Positions 36,858 to 49,472 of a stretch of DNA of 64,000 nucleotides are shown piece by piece. The number at the start of each line of letters is the position of its first letter. Position 1 is the first letter of the stretch. Position numbers and translations under genes: made by a program. The notes below the pieces were generated by a model. It saw only the letters and a list, made by a program, of their open reading frames with translations, was not told the DNA's origin and ran no database searches. The stretch covers positions 21,949,619 to 22,013,618 of the forward strand of contig OZ316892.1 of NCBI GenBank assembly GCA_973895155.1, read 5' to 3'. This stretch comes from Marsupella aquatica (lineage: Eukaryota > Plantae > Marchantiophyta).

Positions 36858-38265
36858 GAGAGAAAAGTCTTATCAATGTCAGGAAGTAATGTCCAAATGG
36901 CACTTATGTCCTAGTTTCTAAATATCAAGGAAATGTCCTACCATTTTTACGGACCCCCATGAGAGATCTCTTGCGAATTCCCTGCCACAAGGTTGCACCA
37001 TTTTTCTCTCTTCTGCACATACCTGTTGCATGGTCCATACCAGGATATTGCTGGCCACGAAGGTGTGTACAACCATGGCAACTGTCCGCTCAAGATATTA
37101 GAAACGATCACGTCCAAATGAATAGTTCACTACAGACTGTGTATGTAGTCTCCAACCTTCCATTCAACTAATTGACAATATATGAGCTTTTGGGTTCAAC
37201 ATTGTATGGCAATTTCGTGTTAAATACATATAAATCTATGAAAATATTGATCAACGGCTCTTGAGAAGGACTCTTGCTCTAGAGTGAAAGTACACAACAA
37301 AGTTTTGGTTCACAAGTTCCCCAATTAAGGTGAGGATCAACACAAAAACATTTGGAATTATATTTAGGAAGATCCCAACGTGTCCCCACTGCTCAAGACC
37401 TTCGATTGAGTTCTGCTTTGCATTGTACGCACTTAAAATCTTTACTAGGGGCCAAGATCAAAATTCAACCTAGTTTACAAATTTTGACGGAAGTGTGCAG
37501 GGAAACTTGGATGTTATTTGGACGAATTGTACTTTCTAGTCCACTGAAAATGATAAATGCATTTCCCTACGATTGCTACGCACTTATAAATAGGAGTATG
37601 CAAGAAGCATACAATGCACGATTGGTCACCCCGTGATGCAATTGCTGTGAGGACAGATGAAGTATCTCTCCGATGATAAGAAGCTTGTAGTGTAACCTTG
37701 CTGCAGGCGCCAATTTAAGAACCTTTTCTGAAGGATGGGCTTCCATTCAAGTGGTACCCATAACCAGGTGTCCATGACAAACAGTCTTGCAAACAAAGCC
37801 AGACATGCAGTTCCATACATCGTCTTACATAACTGTCTATATACCCTTGTTGCCACATAAGAAAGTATAATTTACACAGTAATCTGGAGATAGCATCCGT
37901 GCCATAGGTGGGCACAGAAGGATAAAAACGAATCCTTTCTACAGCTCAAGAACTATTGTACGTCTCGTGTAGAGAAACTGATAATGTTATCACCTGTAGT
38001 GGGAGGGTGGCCCACACTTGGCATAATTCTCTACTTCTGCAAGAATTGTCTTTCCGTGTCGTTGGCACACCATATAATACAGCGGTGTTTTTGCTCTGCG
38101 AATATGAAGGCCTGCTTTCAGGGAAGGTATACTGAATTGAGTTGGTCACAACAGGATACCGTAGAGTACCTCGTGAAACATCGACTATCAAGTCAGAGAA
38201 TTGCGAGTCTATTTCTCCTCGCCCATCTCGTTATTACGAGATTTCCAATGAAAGTGCTCTCTCTA

Positions 38266-41200
38266 CTACGATGATAACCTCAACCTTTCACTGGGATATA
38301 TGAGATCAGGATTTGAAATACTTGGATTGAGCCTGATCAATTCATCCAAGCTTTTCTTCCCGACCTTTTTTGATATCGTAGAGAGTGTGTCTCCCTGCTT
38401 GACCTCATACACACGTGATACATCTGGTTCCCTGTACAATGAGCAACAAATTAATAAGCTACTGAAGTATGCACAAGAATCACTCCATATGTTTCAAAAG
38501 TCTTGAGCTCAATATTTACAGATCAACATGGTATCACTCGCTCGTCCAAACACTTCTCCAGCATTAGATGGTTTGGGTCTGTAATGTACTTCCCGATGTA
38601 CTTTCAATCTACACAGGGCTTCACAGTTTGCACGAAACCAATGCAATTCGTACTGTGTTTCAGGATCGTATGAAGACAGTGTGGAGGCGATATTCAAGAT
38701 ATGGGACACGGCGCTTCGTTTCTTCACATACGAATGGGAAACAGCAACTTACGAACAAGGTATAACTCAATCACTAGGCGGATTCTTAAGAGGAAGAGCA
38801 CACCTGCGAGTTGAATGGTACCTGCTTCGAACTACAAGTATAGTTCCCACAAATGCGAGTGCACCTGCCACCAGTGGCATCCAGTGTCTTGGATTTAATT
38901 GCATACCAGGTGCTTTCGGTTCCGGTTTGCTGGCTGGATCCTGCACACAATCCAAGTCCTACCTTAGAGCTCGAAATCGTGCAGAAAAGCTGTCGTTTAG
39001 CAAAGCCCACTCAGTCCATTCACTGTAAAGGAATGCATTAAGTACAATGAGTAAAAAAGTAAACGAACCTTGGCAGGTACTTTAGCAGCAGGGCTGAAAG
39101 ATGTCCTGCCTGGCACTTCTGTTTGTTGCATAGTGGCTCTGGGGTCTTTCTCAAGAATTTTAGTGCCCGATGGTGCCGTTGATTTCACATGGGACGCCTT
39201 AGGTGTATGTGCTTCAGGTTTCGCCTCTGACAATTGAGATTGTAAATCTTGAGAGTCGGTCAAATCGGCTTCCGAGGATTTCGTAAAGCTGAAATGTGGC
39301 GACGAATGTTTATAGGGTTTTCCTGATCCCAATTGCGCCAAAGTTGGTGATCTTTTGGTCCTATCAGCTGTGTGATCAGATGAAATAGCTGGTGTTGTGG
39401 GTGCTGAAACTTCTGGTAATGAGAGCGTCCCGTCTGCTTCAGGTTCGGGGTCAGCAACGTCAACCGGACGATGCGCCAAGTCTGGTACATTAGGTTGGGA
39501 AGCGGGCTGTTTGATGAAGTGGGGATGAGCATGCCTAAAAGACCCTAAAGCCTTTTGAAAAACTGGTGAAGGGAAGTCATCGGGTTGATCCACTGGCAAG
39601 TCAGGTGAAGGTGATGGTGTCAGACGTGCTTTATCTGGTTTAGCCTCATGTGATGATATCGCATGAGGACTTGAATCAAAACTGCTTTTGGCACTTTTGA
39701 TATGGACTGGAGAGGGTTCAATAGCAGACACAGACTTGGTGAGGATAGGTGTGTCAATGCCACCAATGGTAGCAGTAGGAGTAGAAAGGGGTGACCCGTT
39801 AGTGGAGAAAGGACCAGGTGTGGCCGGTGAGGTGGGTTCAGAAGAAGATATGGATGCACCGGTTTCTTCAGGAACATATAAGGGGTTTGTCGTCGCAGAG
39901 AGAAACCTGCGAATAATCTGGACCTGTTAAACATCGAGTCAAACACGGTAGGAAGAATTTAGTTCACCAAGAGGCATACTAATGTATTGGAGTTGCTCCA
40001 ACTTCAGTGATCTAATCAACCTCTGTTCTGTGTTCCCATCTCTTCCGCTCGTCTTGAAAAACTCACAAATTCGCAGAGAACCTTCAATACTCAAATTCTG
40101 CTCGCATTATTCTTGGTCCACATTTCCTTGATGTGAAAAGTCTAGTATAACGCAAGACACCATGGCTTCAACAGCCCCAGTAGGATAGGGAGTGAAACAG
40201 CACATAATGAGTGGCAAATATTCACTTACTCTCTCTGACTTTACGATTTCTGCCTCAGGTGTGTGCACTGTGGGCGGGGCTGGGCTGCTATGTGAGTGCT
40301 GCAAGTTTTCTTTGATTTCCCCAACTTTCTCTTTAGACATTGGGAGAGGTCGATTGACGTCTTCAAAATCAGGAACCTGCGCATTTAGATGACAAAAAGA
40401 GCAGAAAACCCATCAGCAAATGGCAAAAATGAGAACACCTTAACATTTGCACGGGAGATCATAACCAACTCTGTCCAAGTAATGCCATTGGTACCACTTA
40501 ATGATTATTATCTTCCCTATCAATGCAACCAGGCGGGCTCGGATATTGAGTTTTACTCTTATATGTTGGGCTCGAGCCTTTCTGGCAAGAGTTCGAATGC
40601 AGGTGCAGACTGGTCGAATATCCTTGCACTCCACTGCATCAGGCGGTGTGAAGAGCTCAACGTCAGTCAATCCAACTTTCCTGCATGTCTGTAAACATGA
40701 ACATGTCATGATTGAGTAAGATTTGACTCTCGTTCCTGACATTCGCAACCTGAGATGTCATGAGCTGCAAAGAGAAAAGGGCAGAAAGTTTGGTATCTCA
40801 GGTAAGCTAGAGTAAGTTTGGCACCTTCAGGAAAGCGTCCACATTTGCATATGGAAGATATTTCCCACTGTTTTTCCCGAAATCTGAGACATGAGCAACC
40901 GTCTGTGGAGACATCTCCTTTGGGCCAGGACTCGCCCCCGTCATTTCTTTGATAATGTGTTTTGATACACGGTATCTGAGATACAAGCCAACCCAGAATG
41001 GTGACGACCATATGAGAAAATGAGTGGCGACATCTCAGTACTATACTTATACCAAGTCGACGCTTCTGAGTTCCTTTAGCATAGAAATGCAAATTAGCCT
41101 TTTCTCCATCGCCATTGTCTTCATATGGGTGGCCCAAAAGTGTCCGTATTATTGTCAAATTCTCTTCAGGTGTGCCCTACCTGCCACGTCTCAGATAACG

Positions 41201-42942
41201 GGAAAAAGGCGAACGAAAACTCACAGGAGATTTCCATCGCTGATCAGCTCTGGTAGAGTGCGGTCTCCATACGTTTCTCCCAAAACAGTCTCCAACCATA
41301 ACTTGGTTCGTTTCTGCCCGGAAACAAAATAATAATGTTCAGAGATTGCAATGGATGCTGTGAACAAGTGATCAGTGGACGCTCTCCCAAAATCCGGAAA
41401 AAAATCGCATTAATGCGGTGGCAGATGCAATAACGGAGTTAACTCCGGGTGGCCTCCTTTGGATGTGCCTTGGGACTAAAACCTGGCTAAAATTGAGTAA
41501 ACTGTTGAATTCCTTTCCATTTCAACAAACTCGTTACAAGTTATCCTCCAGAAAGTGAGACCCTTCGAGCAAGCGATCAGTTACGTTGCCATCTTAGAGA
41601 ACAGGTAAGCGAAATAGATATTCAAGTAGAAGTAAACTCCCAACTGGAGTAAGTGTAATAAACGCAAAAATATTCCAAAGAATGAAAACGAGAGGCGTTT
41701 CAAAAAACATGAATGACTCCAACAGGCCCTAGGTCAACAATATTCGGTGAAACGACGATCCGTCATGCTGGGCATCTGATTTACAGCTTGCGATACATCT
41801 GAAATCTGCTGGATCACTAAGGAAAACTGGTATCAGCGATTCTTAAACAGACCAAAAACCCTAAGTCCTCCATGAATTAAGAAGCCAACCAATCCGTTCC
41901 TCACACCCATCGGGACGAGAGCACTGGCGGCCCAATAAGTGGCTAGAAGACTTGCAGAAACTGGATACAAGTTAGGGTACGCGAACTTGTGTTGGTTCTC
42001 AGGAAAACGCTCTGACATGAATGCCACGACTAGAGAGGAATTGTCTTTGTTGCCTCAAGGCGCAAACTCTGCCAGCCCTGACCTTGCTGCCCAATTCATC
42101 ATTCGCTCAAGCCACACGAACCCAAGCATCACACGCTTCATAACATAATTATGTCAATGGTCTCCAGAGACCACCACCCCGTCTGAGCTAGTAGCCCGCG
42201 ATGAGATATCTGTCCTTAGCAGGGGACCATAACTTAAGTCCTCTCCATATGCTTAACTACACATTTGAAAAGTAGTCACGTAGTTACACGGTAGCGAAAC
42301 AGCATTGGACGGAAGTCCCACAAACAATTTGCAAAGTCTTGCTATTTAGGGATTGGTTCTCTGTGAAAGCCGAGGCGCAACTCACAAACCAGAGTTCAAA
42401 AAACGTCGTAGCAGGGACCTCCCCCACACAGTAGCAATCCACAGCGATAGTGAATTTGTCAGTGCAATTGCCAGTAGAGGTAAAATCGATGAGCCCCAGC
42501 TAGGACCAAAACAAACATTATTTGCCCGCTCTGCATTGGGCAAAGAACTGATTCAAAGACAGTGCAGGAATCGGTCATGTAAAAATGGCTACCAGGATTG
42601 GTCACTGATAAGATGGAACAGTAAGATTTCGACAGCTCCATATCCAGAGATGATGGACGGGAATCATCACCCAAACAAGTTCTGGGTGCGGTGCAATGTA
42701 GGTTTGCTAGATACGACACAGAGGATATGGACGACATGCCTAGTATCCTTTGGGTCACGATGAAGAAAATAGCTTCTGTTGCTACCACTCTACAATCTGT
42801 GGCAAAATCCAAACTCTCAAAATAGTCTTTGACAACCATATCAGCTTGGGCTGACAAGCAACCAGCTCACCTGTAAAAGCTCGATGTCATGTTCTCTGAA
42901 GTGAACGTTCGTCTGCCCCGTCGACCTGTTGGTCTCCTTCAT
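38266..42942 (-). CDS. Calponin-homology domain - S/P-rich linker - single TM helix - LysM domain protein (~576 aa, 8 exons)
   Basis: Phase-compatible GT-AG exons: 42942-42871, 41313-41225, 40975-40825, 40688-40557, 40376-40230, 39923-39069, 38940-38822, 38431-38266. CH: FREHDIELLQKRTKLWLETVLG...ELISDGNLLYRV...YLPYANVDAFLKTCRKVGLTDVELFTPPDAVECKDIRPVCTCIRTL. TM: WMPLVAGALAFVGTILVV. LysM: YEVKQGDTLSTISKKVGKKSLDELIRLNPSISNPDLIYPSERLRL. Confidence 0.85.
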
Positions 42943-44914
42943 CCTGTCGATGCTCACTCTCTCGGGAACCCACTCAATGGGTCTGTTCGCTACTCCAACC
43001 TTTGAGATGACAGCTGCCCGACAACTCTATGTCTTCTCTTTGGCTTCTTGCCTTTACCCTGCTCACGGAGCTGTCAAAAGCTTCCCCACAAGAGAACCGT
43101 GCTATCCATGTGGGTCAAAATTCAGGAGCTAGGAGATGGCGAAATTGGTTGTTTCGGAAGCTGGGCTTCTTAGTGATGAGGGGAGTGACGCGACGCACAA
43201 CTACAGTCAACCCAGTCTTGGCTAAAGCAGTTCTCAATTGAAAGAACCGTCACCTTTTCCAAAATTCTTGGGTGTCACCGTGCGTCGACAATCGCAGCTT
43301 ATTAGGCCGAGCCGAGCCGAGCCGAGCCGAGACGATGACTTAACTTGTCATGACAGTCACAATAAATGCCTGCTCTCCACCCATTCATTTTCAATCATAC
43401 TACTGGCTCTGAAAAATTCTTTCAACCTGTGAAACGCTCTCCTCCCTTCCTCCTTTCCTCACACATCCTTCCACAATGTCCTGTAGCTTCGTAATGGCCC
43501 TCCCTTCTGTGCCAGTAGAAAGCTCTCTTATCCCTTCTTTCAGCTCATCCGCAGTTCCCGGAGAGAATCACCAGCACCTTCGTTGGTGTTCTTCTTCCCC
43601 CCCAACCAGCACGGGCTGCTGGAGTGGAGCGATCCAACACGGCGTGGTTGGCGGCCATGTCAGCAAACACGTTAAATAAGCAGAGCCGTCAGCTCAAGTA
43701 ACAACTTTCTGGATTTTCGAGAACTCCAAGATTTGAGGCAGCTGAGAGCCCTGAACTCCTGAAGGTCTGTAGGAGACAAGATCGCGGTGGGGAACTCGGA
43801 GCACAGAACACTGCTCCAGTCAATCGGTCAATTATTTACCAACTCACTCTGGCCCCACAAAAAGTCCGGCAACAGCAGGAAACAAGGAAAAAAACGTGTT
43901 GTCATAATGAACAACAGTTCCCATTGGATTGGAGCTGAGTGCACTACACGAAAGAAGCGTCGAGTGGTGAAGAGAGCACTAGGATTGAAAGTAATTGTAG
44001 TATACAAAAGCCAATGCAGTGAGCAAATCCTCCACAAAATTGGTAAATCGCCACTCGCCCCCAGTTGAGCTCTTGAAATTGCCTCGACCTGACACTCAAT
44101 CCTGTACTGTAGTAGCTTCAAAAGAGAACTGACTGGCAAAATTTGGGAGAGGAAATCAAATTCTGACGGCACAGCATTGCAAATGTCGACGTCAAGAGTC
44201 CAGAAATCAAAGACCTGTTTGCGGTCAAACGAGACTTGCGAATTGTATTATCTTAGGCCACCACTCACCAGTCAACCACTGAAACAAATTAACCTCTGCC
44301 CAATCCATTCTTTAGAGTATCTCCACTAATCATTGAGCGGGATTACTATTAGGTAGAAAGAGAACTGCCCTACTGGCTACTGCTATGCCATAGCCGATAA
44401 GACTGTACCTTTCTTGTTCTTCAGATTTCAGAGCCTCCCCCCTTCGGTTTGCGTGCCTGTCCTGTCCTGGAAGGTCGTCTGACTTATCAAAATTTCAACA
44501 CTAAAATAAGTAATCCTGTTCGTTCTTTTGATGACCTATTTACCGATCTAAACAGTATAATATGCAAATTCATGATGGACTGTTTACCAAATGTCTTCTG
44601 GTCCCTAGCTTTTTTATAGTGACATTTTCCCAATGTACAAGGTAGGCCTAAAGGTGCCACTGTGCATGTTTTCTACCACCAACCCACCACTCTCCTCCCA
44701 TTTGACATACTCCTTGAAATCCAGTTGTCAAAGTGACTCATTAACTCCCCCATCACATAGTCCTTGAAATCCATTTGTCAGACCAACTAGTCAAGTCCCC
44801 CAATATCCGACTGCATGGCCATCTCACTTATGATTGCCTACACTTCCGCGCTCAACCTCTGCGGACAATAGTCTCCAACTTAGGGACATTGGGCTTGTGG
44901 ATGGACATATGTTG

Positions 44915-45316
44915 TCCTCTCTTTCCCTCCACCAAATCTCATGTCTCATCTCATCTCATGAAATAATAATACTTGTCCTCTCTTTCCCTCCCCCAAATCT
45001 TATGTTGCATCTCATCTCATTCTCATGAAATATAATACTTTGTACTCTCTTTCCCTCCACCAAATCTCATGTCTCATCTCATGAAATAATAATACTTGTC
45101 CTCTCTTTCCCTCCACCAAATCTCATGTTGCATCTCATCTCATTCTCATGAAATATAATACTTTGTACTCTCTTTCCCTCCACCAAATCTCATGTTGCAT
45201 CTCATCTCATTCTCATGAAATATAATACTTTGTACTCTCTTTCCCTCCACCAAATCTCATGTCTCATCTCATGAAATAATAATACTTTGTCTTCTCTATT
45301 TCTCCACCAAATCCGA
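44915..45316. repeat. ~57-66-bp tandem minisatellite, ~6.5 copies
   Basis: CTCTCTTTCCCTCCACCAAATCTCATGT...CTCATGAAATA..ATACTT repeats with two unit variants. Confidence 0.9.
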
Positions 45317-46562
45317 TGAAATTTATTCAGAGGCTCGGTTTGCGTGTCCGTTTCAACTGTTGTACTGAGATTTCCCTCCATCAAAATAATCTGATCAAGC
45401 TGTACTTCCATAGGCTCGCGAGAGTTCTTTATTTTCTAGTTAAAATTGCCTGATTTCCGAAGAAGTGGGGTCGCCTATTTCCAAATTGGAGGCAGAAATG
45501 GAATGCACGATGTGTTTTTGAAGCTGTTTTTTGACCTCGCATCCGTTAGGCCTTCAAGGACTGCTGGACCCACCATCCACACCAGTCTTGCTTTTTTCTT
45601 AGCAGCTAAAATTTTCCAAATTCCATTTCATGAAAAAGTCCTTGCCAGCTGGTTTTGTCATTGATTGGCCAATTTCCCACCTAGTCACAGACCCCAGTAG
45701 CATAGAATCTAATGGTTGTCCTGAAATCTAAAGAAATCTAACTACCAAAAATTATTGTAGGAAAATAAGGTGATTCCTAGCATCTTCTCATTCAGAGACG
45801 TTGACGTTTGCCACTCTAGCAAAAAAGGAAATACCTAAAAAATTACCTTGCTCCCGTCATCCAATAATTGTTAGAATACCATAGTTAAGTTACCAGGGTT
45901 ACTTATCTAACCCTAGTTAGGAACCTTGTAACCCCTCATACCATATATATAAACATCACCCGAGGGAGAAGGTGTGATTCAGTTGGAGTTTATGTACGAC
46001 ATAAATGAATAATTCTTAGAATTTAAAACCTTTCTAACAATCAATTCTGGGGACTTTGTGAAACATTACAAGAATTTTCTTGTGGAACTGTTAATCTTGG
46101 TGCAAACACTGGCATTCCTATGTATACATTGTTTTGCAAATTAAAAATCCTGGTTTGCCCAAAACATTAATTAAATATGATTCATTTCTTGAGTTTGGGC
46201 AAACCAGGATGGCACTATGGTAGTGCTACAACCCAGTAATTTATTTTTCTTTGGGGTATGTTTTAGCCAAACTGGTAAATGCCTTGACTGTATAGTGAGT
46301 TTTAGTTAGCCGAATTACTCAGGCTAAAATCTCACCTCCTCCAGCATGGGCTCAATGATACAAAGAAAATCAGGGAAAATCCCAAGGAAAAAAGTAAGAA
46401 AATTTTGCTTTTGGCTGCAGGTGGAGATCTGGCCCTCATTTCATGGATTTTCCCTACCTATTAAGAAGGTCATTTCATACAGGTTCATCCCAAACCAAAG
46501 CGACTCTCTAAACAGAAAGGAGGAAAAGGTTTGTGTTTATAATATAATATAATATAATATAA

Positions 46563-47106
46563 TTGTGGTTGGTCCCAACCTACCAGTGGGGCCAGTTTTG
46601 CCACGACAGCTCATATACCTGGTCATGCAGCTGCTAGGGGTGCACGTCTAAAGGAGGCCCATGCTATTCATTACCCCAACAATCTTTGCTACCATTTTGC
46701 CGTTGTGGTTTTTGGAGCGCTTCACCTGGCCTTTGATCTGTTCCTACAATCTTGTGGGGTTCTTTATGTCAAGCGGGGGCCTTATGTCTCTCGTCACCCT
46801 TATGAGCAGACAAGTGTCCATTTAGGGTTTAGGTCTTTTTTCAACAGCTGAGGGTGTCAGTTGTACTCCAACGGGCTCAATCATGCATTCACTATTCTCT
46901 GTAGGGGAGACACAGTTGGTGCCAGGGCAGCTAGTAAGGCTCCGTTGTTAGAACCCCCTATGCAGTTCACTCCATGGCCTCTTTTCTCTCAATTGTTGGC
47001 TTTTTGCTAGCCTCCCCTTCTCAGCTCCCCTTCATTGGGCCTTTTGCCTGTGCGACCCTGTCTCATGTTTGGGCACCTCCTTGGGCGCCTTGTTTCTTTC
47101 AGTGTG
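46563..47106 (+). mobile_element. 5'-truncated, degenerate copy of the CRE element (endonuclease C-terminus plus probable 3'UTR)
   Basis: Aligns with 30625-31000 (GCTCATATACCTGG..., GAGGGTGTC.GTTG, CCCCC.ATGCAGTTCAC.CCA). Preceded by (TATAA)5 at 46538-46562 and followed by ATATATAA. Confidence 0.8.
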
Positions 47107-47185
47107 ATATATAAGAAAAGAAAAGAAATTTTAAGGTCAAACAGCTAAGCTCCATACATAGAAAGGGCCATTAGGGTAGATGACT

Positions 47186-47467
47186 GCTGGGGGTTTCACT
47201 TCTATAGAATTGGCACATCATGTGCAACATAGAATATGGTAGTTTTATTGGTCTTAAGGGAAGACTTGGAATTTTTTTGGAAGAATTTTAGGGTCTTTTA
47301 AATCCAATTTGGAGTCTTGCAAGAACATAAGGGTCCTTTTAATTAAAATTTTGGAATATTCGAAGAATACTCCAACTTTATAGGTTTTGAAAAACAATAG
47401 TTTTTCTTACATTTTAGGGGGTGCATGGCTTAAAAATGTCGCAAGTGATGGGGCCTCTATGTAGTGA
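47186..47467. mobile_element. MITE subfamily B, inverted, with one end eroded
   Basis: Starts GCTGGGGGTTTCACTT and is colinear with the reverse complement of 32032-32328. The second TIR and TSD are not visible. Confidence 0.75.
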
Positions 47468-48527
47468 TGGCTGTACAGTTTGGTGAGCTTTTAGTTTCTA
47501 GTCTCCCATTTTTTGTGAAACTACAATGTCAAAAGGTGGTCTAACAGAAATGGCTTTAACACAGTGCCTCAGTTCGAGCCTCAGTTTAGGGCTCTACAAA
47601 TTGCTATGGGTATTCCCAAAGTGGTCATCCAACGTACATGTAAGTACTATAGTTGGCAGATTCTAACTGTAGATTTAACCATGGTTAACTTGCTACGCCA
47701 TTAATTTAGGTTTGAAAAAATGCTATAATTATTGTCTAGTACTAATTAACAGACATGGTGACCAATGTGATCACAAACTAAAAATGAGTAACCTAGAAAC
47801 TACCAGGTGAGCTATTCCACCTCTCTTGCTCGCTGAAACTGGTCTCTCCTACTCCAAAGCTAAGTTTGTACAGTTCGATACTCTGGGTGACTCTGGGGAA
47901 TTTAAGCAATTATGTGGATGTCAAACATTTAAATATTTTATTTATCTTATCTTATTGGAAGTAAAACAATAACTCACCCTGACTCAAATCAAAATGTTGA
48001 CAGACTCACCCTGTTTGAATCACATTATGTATAACCCTAGTAGGGTGGTTAGTCCTGTTCTGAACTGTGGGCAACTAGGGGAATGCAACAGAATAATTGG
48101 TAAACTCAAAGGTCCAATACTGGCCATCATTTCACTAGTCCCCAGAAATATTGTTGCTGTCAAGCAATAACTCACCTTGAATAACTCATTCAGTTTGAGT
48201 AACTGTGGGAGTTGCTGACTCACCTTGAATCCACCTCAAAGGTAAGTAACGCTGGTGGACTCATCCAGTTGGAGTTACTTACTCACCTGAAATCTAACTC
48301 CAACTGAAATGCTAGCTGGTGGATTCATCTGGTTTGAGTCACTAAGTCACCTCCGGCAATGTAACTTGAATCAAAATGCTGGCGAACTCATGGTTATGGG
48401 CCCAGTTAGAGACTTTTGTAAATCTGAAAATTCTGTCAAAATTCCACATCACCCAGTAAATTTCCAGTCATTAGATGGTTTGAATAGAACCATTTACATC
48501 CATTTTGTGTGTGAATACTCGTTCATG

Positions 48528-49116
48528 ATATAGTATGCTCATTCTGGAACATGCTTGATATTTTGTCTTGTAGTGATATGTAAGTGGATAAAATACATGT
48601 AAAAAGAATACATATTAAATGTGAGTGAGGATACAATAATGTAAGTAGAGCACATGCAAAAAAAAGCACATAGTGAGTGACCAATGAAAAGTACAGTCAA
48701 GTGCTATCAAGTGTTGTGACACAAAGGGGCTATGACGTGTGCACTTATGAATTCAATGTGTATTATTAATGACACTCAATTCGATAAAAACCATAAACTT
48801 AGGAAAGGAAGTCATGAGGGGAACTTAACACATAATGGGTTCACATTATTCAGAGTCATTCTTCTCTCATACGAAGACTTCTAAGTGATAAAAATTAAAA
48901 TCACTGGTTAATCTAAGAGATAACAAAGATTACAAATTAAGCGGGCCAAAAATTCTCTAAGATGCCAAAAATTAAAGGGGTCCAAAAATTAACCAAAAAT
49001 CATTCCATGTCATACAAAGGATGCCCCTCGATGAGGCACATTAAAATAAAGATGCATGACACAAAAATTATGAATAAGAAAATCTAAAAGGTGAATTCAC
49101 CATATAGAAGCTTCAA
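48528..49116. repeat. ~590-bp dispersed repeat (copy 1), inverted homologue of 55433-56002
   Basis: Shared blocks in reverse complement, e.g. TGACCAATGAAAAGTACA, AATAAAAACCATAAACTTAG-like, CACCATATAG..CTTCAA. Confidence 0.7.
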
Positions 49117-49472
49117 ATATGATATGAAAGTTCATTAATTTTCAGCTGAGAGGTCTTCTTCATAACTTGTCATGTTGCTGAATACTTGCATCATACCCAA
49201 TTCTTGTGCCTTATGTTAGGGATTTTGTTTTTCTCACTCTGCTCGTCCTCAGTTTAATATTTGAATGTGTGCTCTTACCGATCAAAGGTAGGAAGCGAGA
49301 TGATGTCCTCAAGAAGGCCCATCACTCGTGTTCTGACAAGTCAACTCATGGTCTACCTTGATTGGCATCCTGCTCCACCTTATTTCGAGATATATAGCTG
49401 TGGGTCTCTTCATTGTTGTTAGTGTTGGTTTTTGAAGTGAAAGTTAGGATACATACAAGAGTTGGCATACTT

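Noticed and set aside
38509-38727. Possible extra exon between the TM and LysM exons
   Set aside because: I found no phase-2 donor that would rejoin the LysM exon, whereas the direct 38822-38431 splice is in frame.
46147-46210. 17-bp perfect inverted repeat ATCCTGGTTTGCCCAAA with a 30-nt loop
   Set aside because: Real but short and isolated. Most likely a TE remnant, and no function can be supported.
47800-48390. Recurring ACTCACC(C/T)TG words
   Set aside because: Suggestive of DNA-transposon subterminal repeats, but no TIR, TSD or transposase could be defined.
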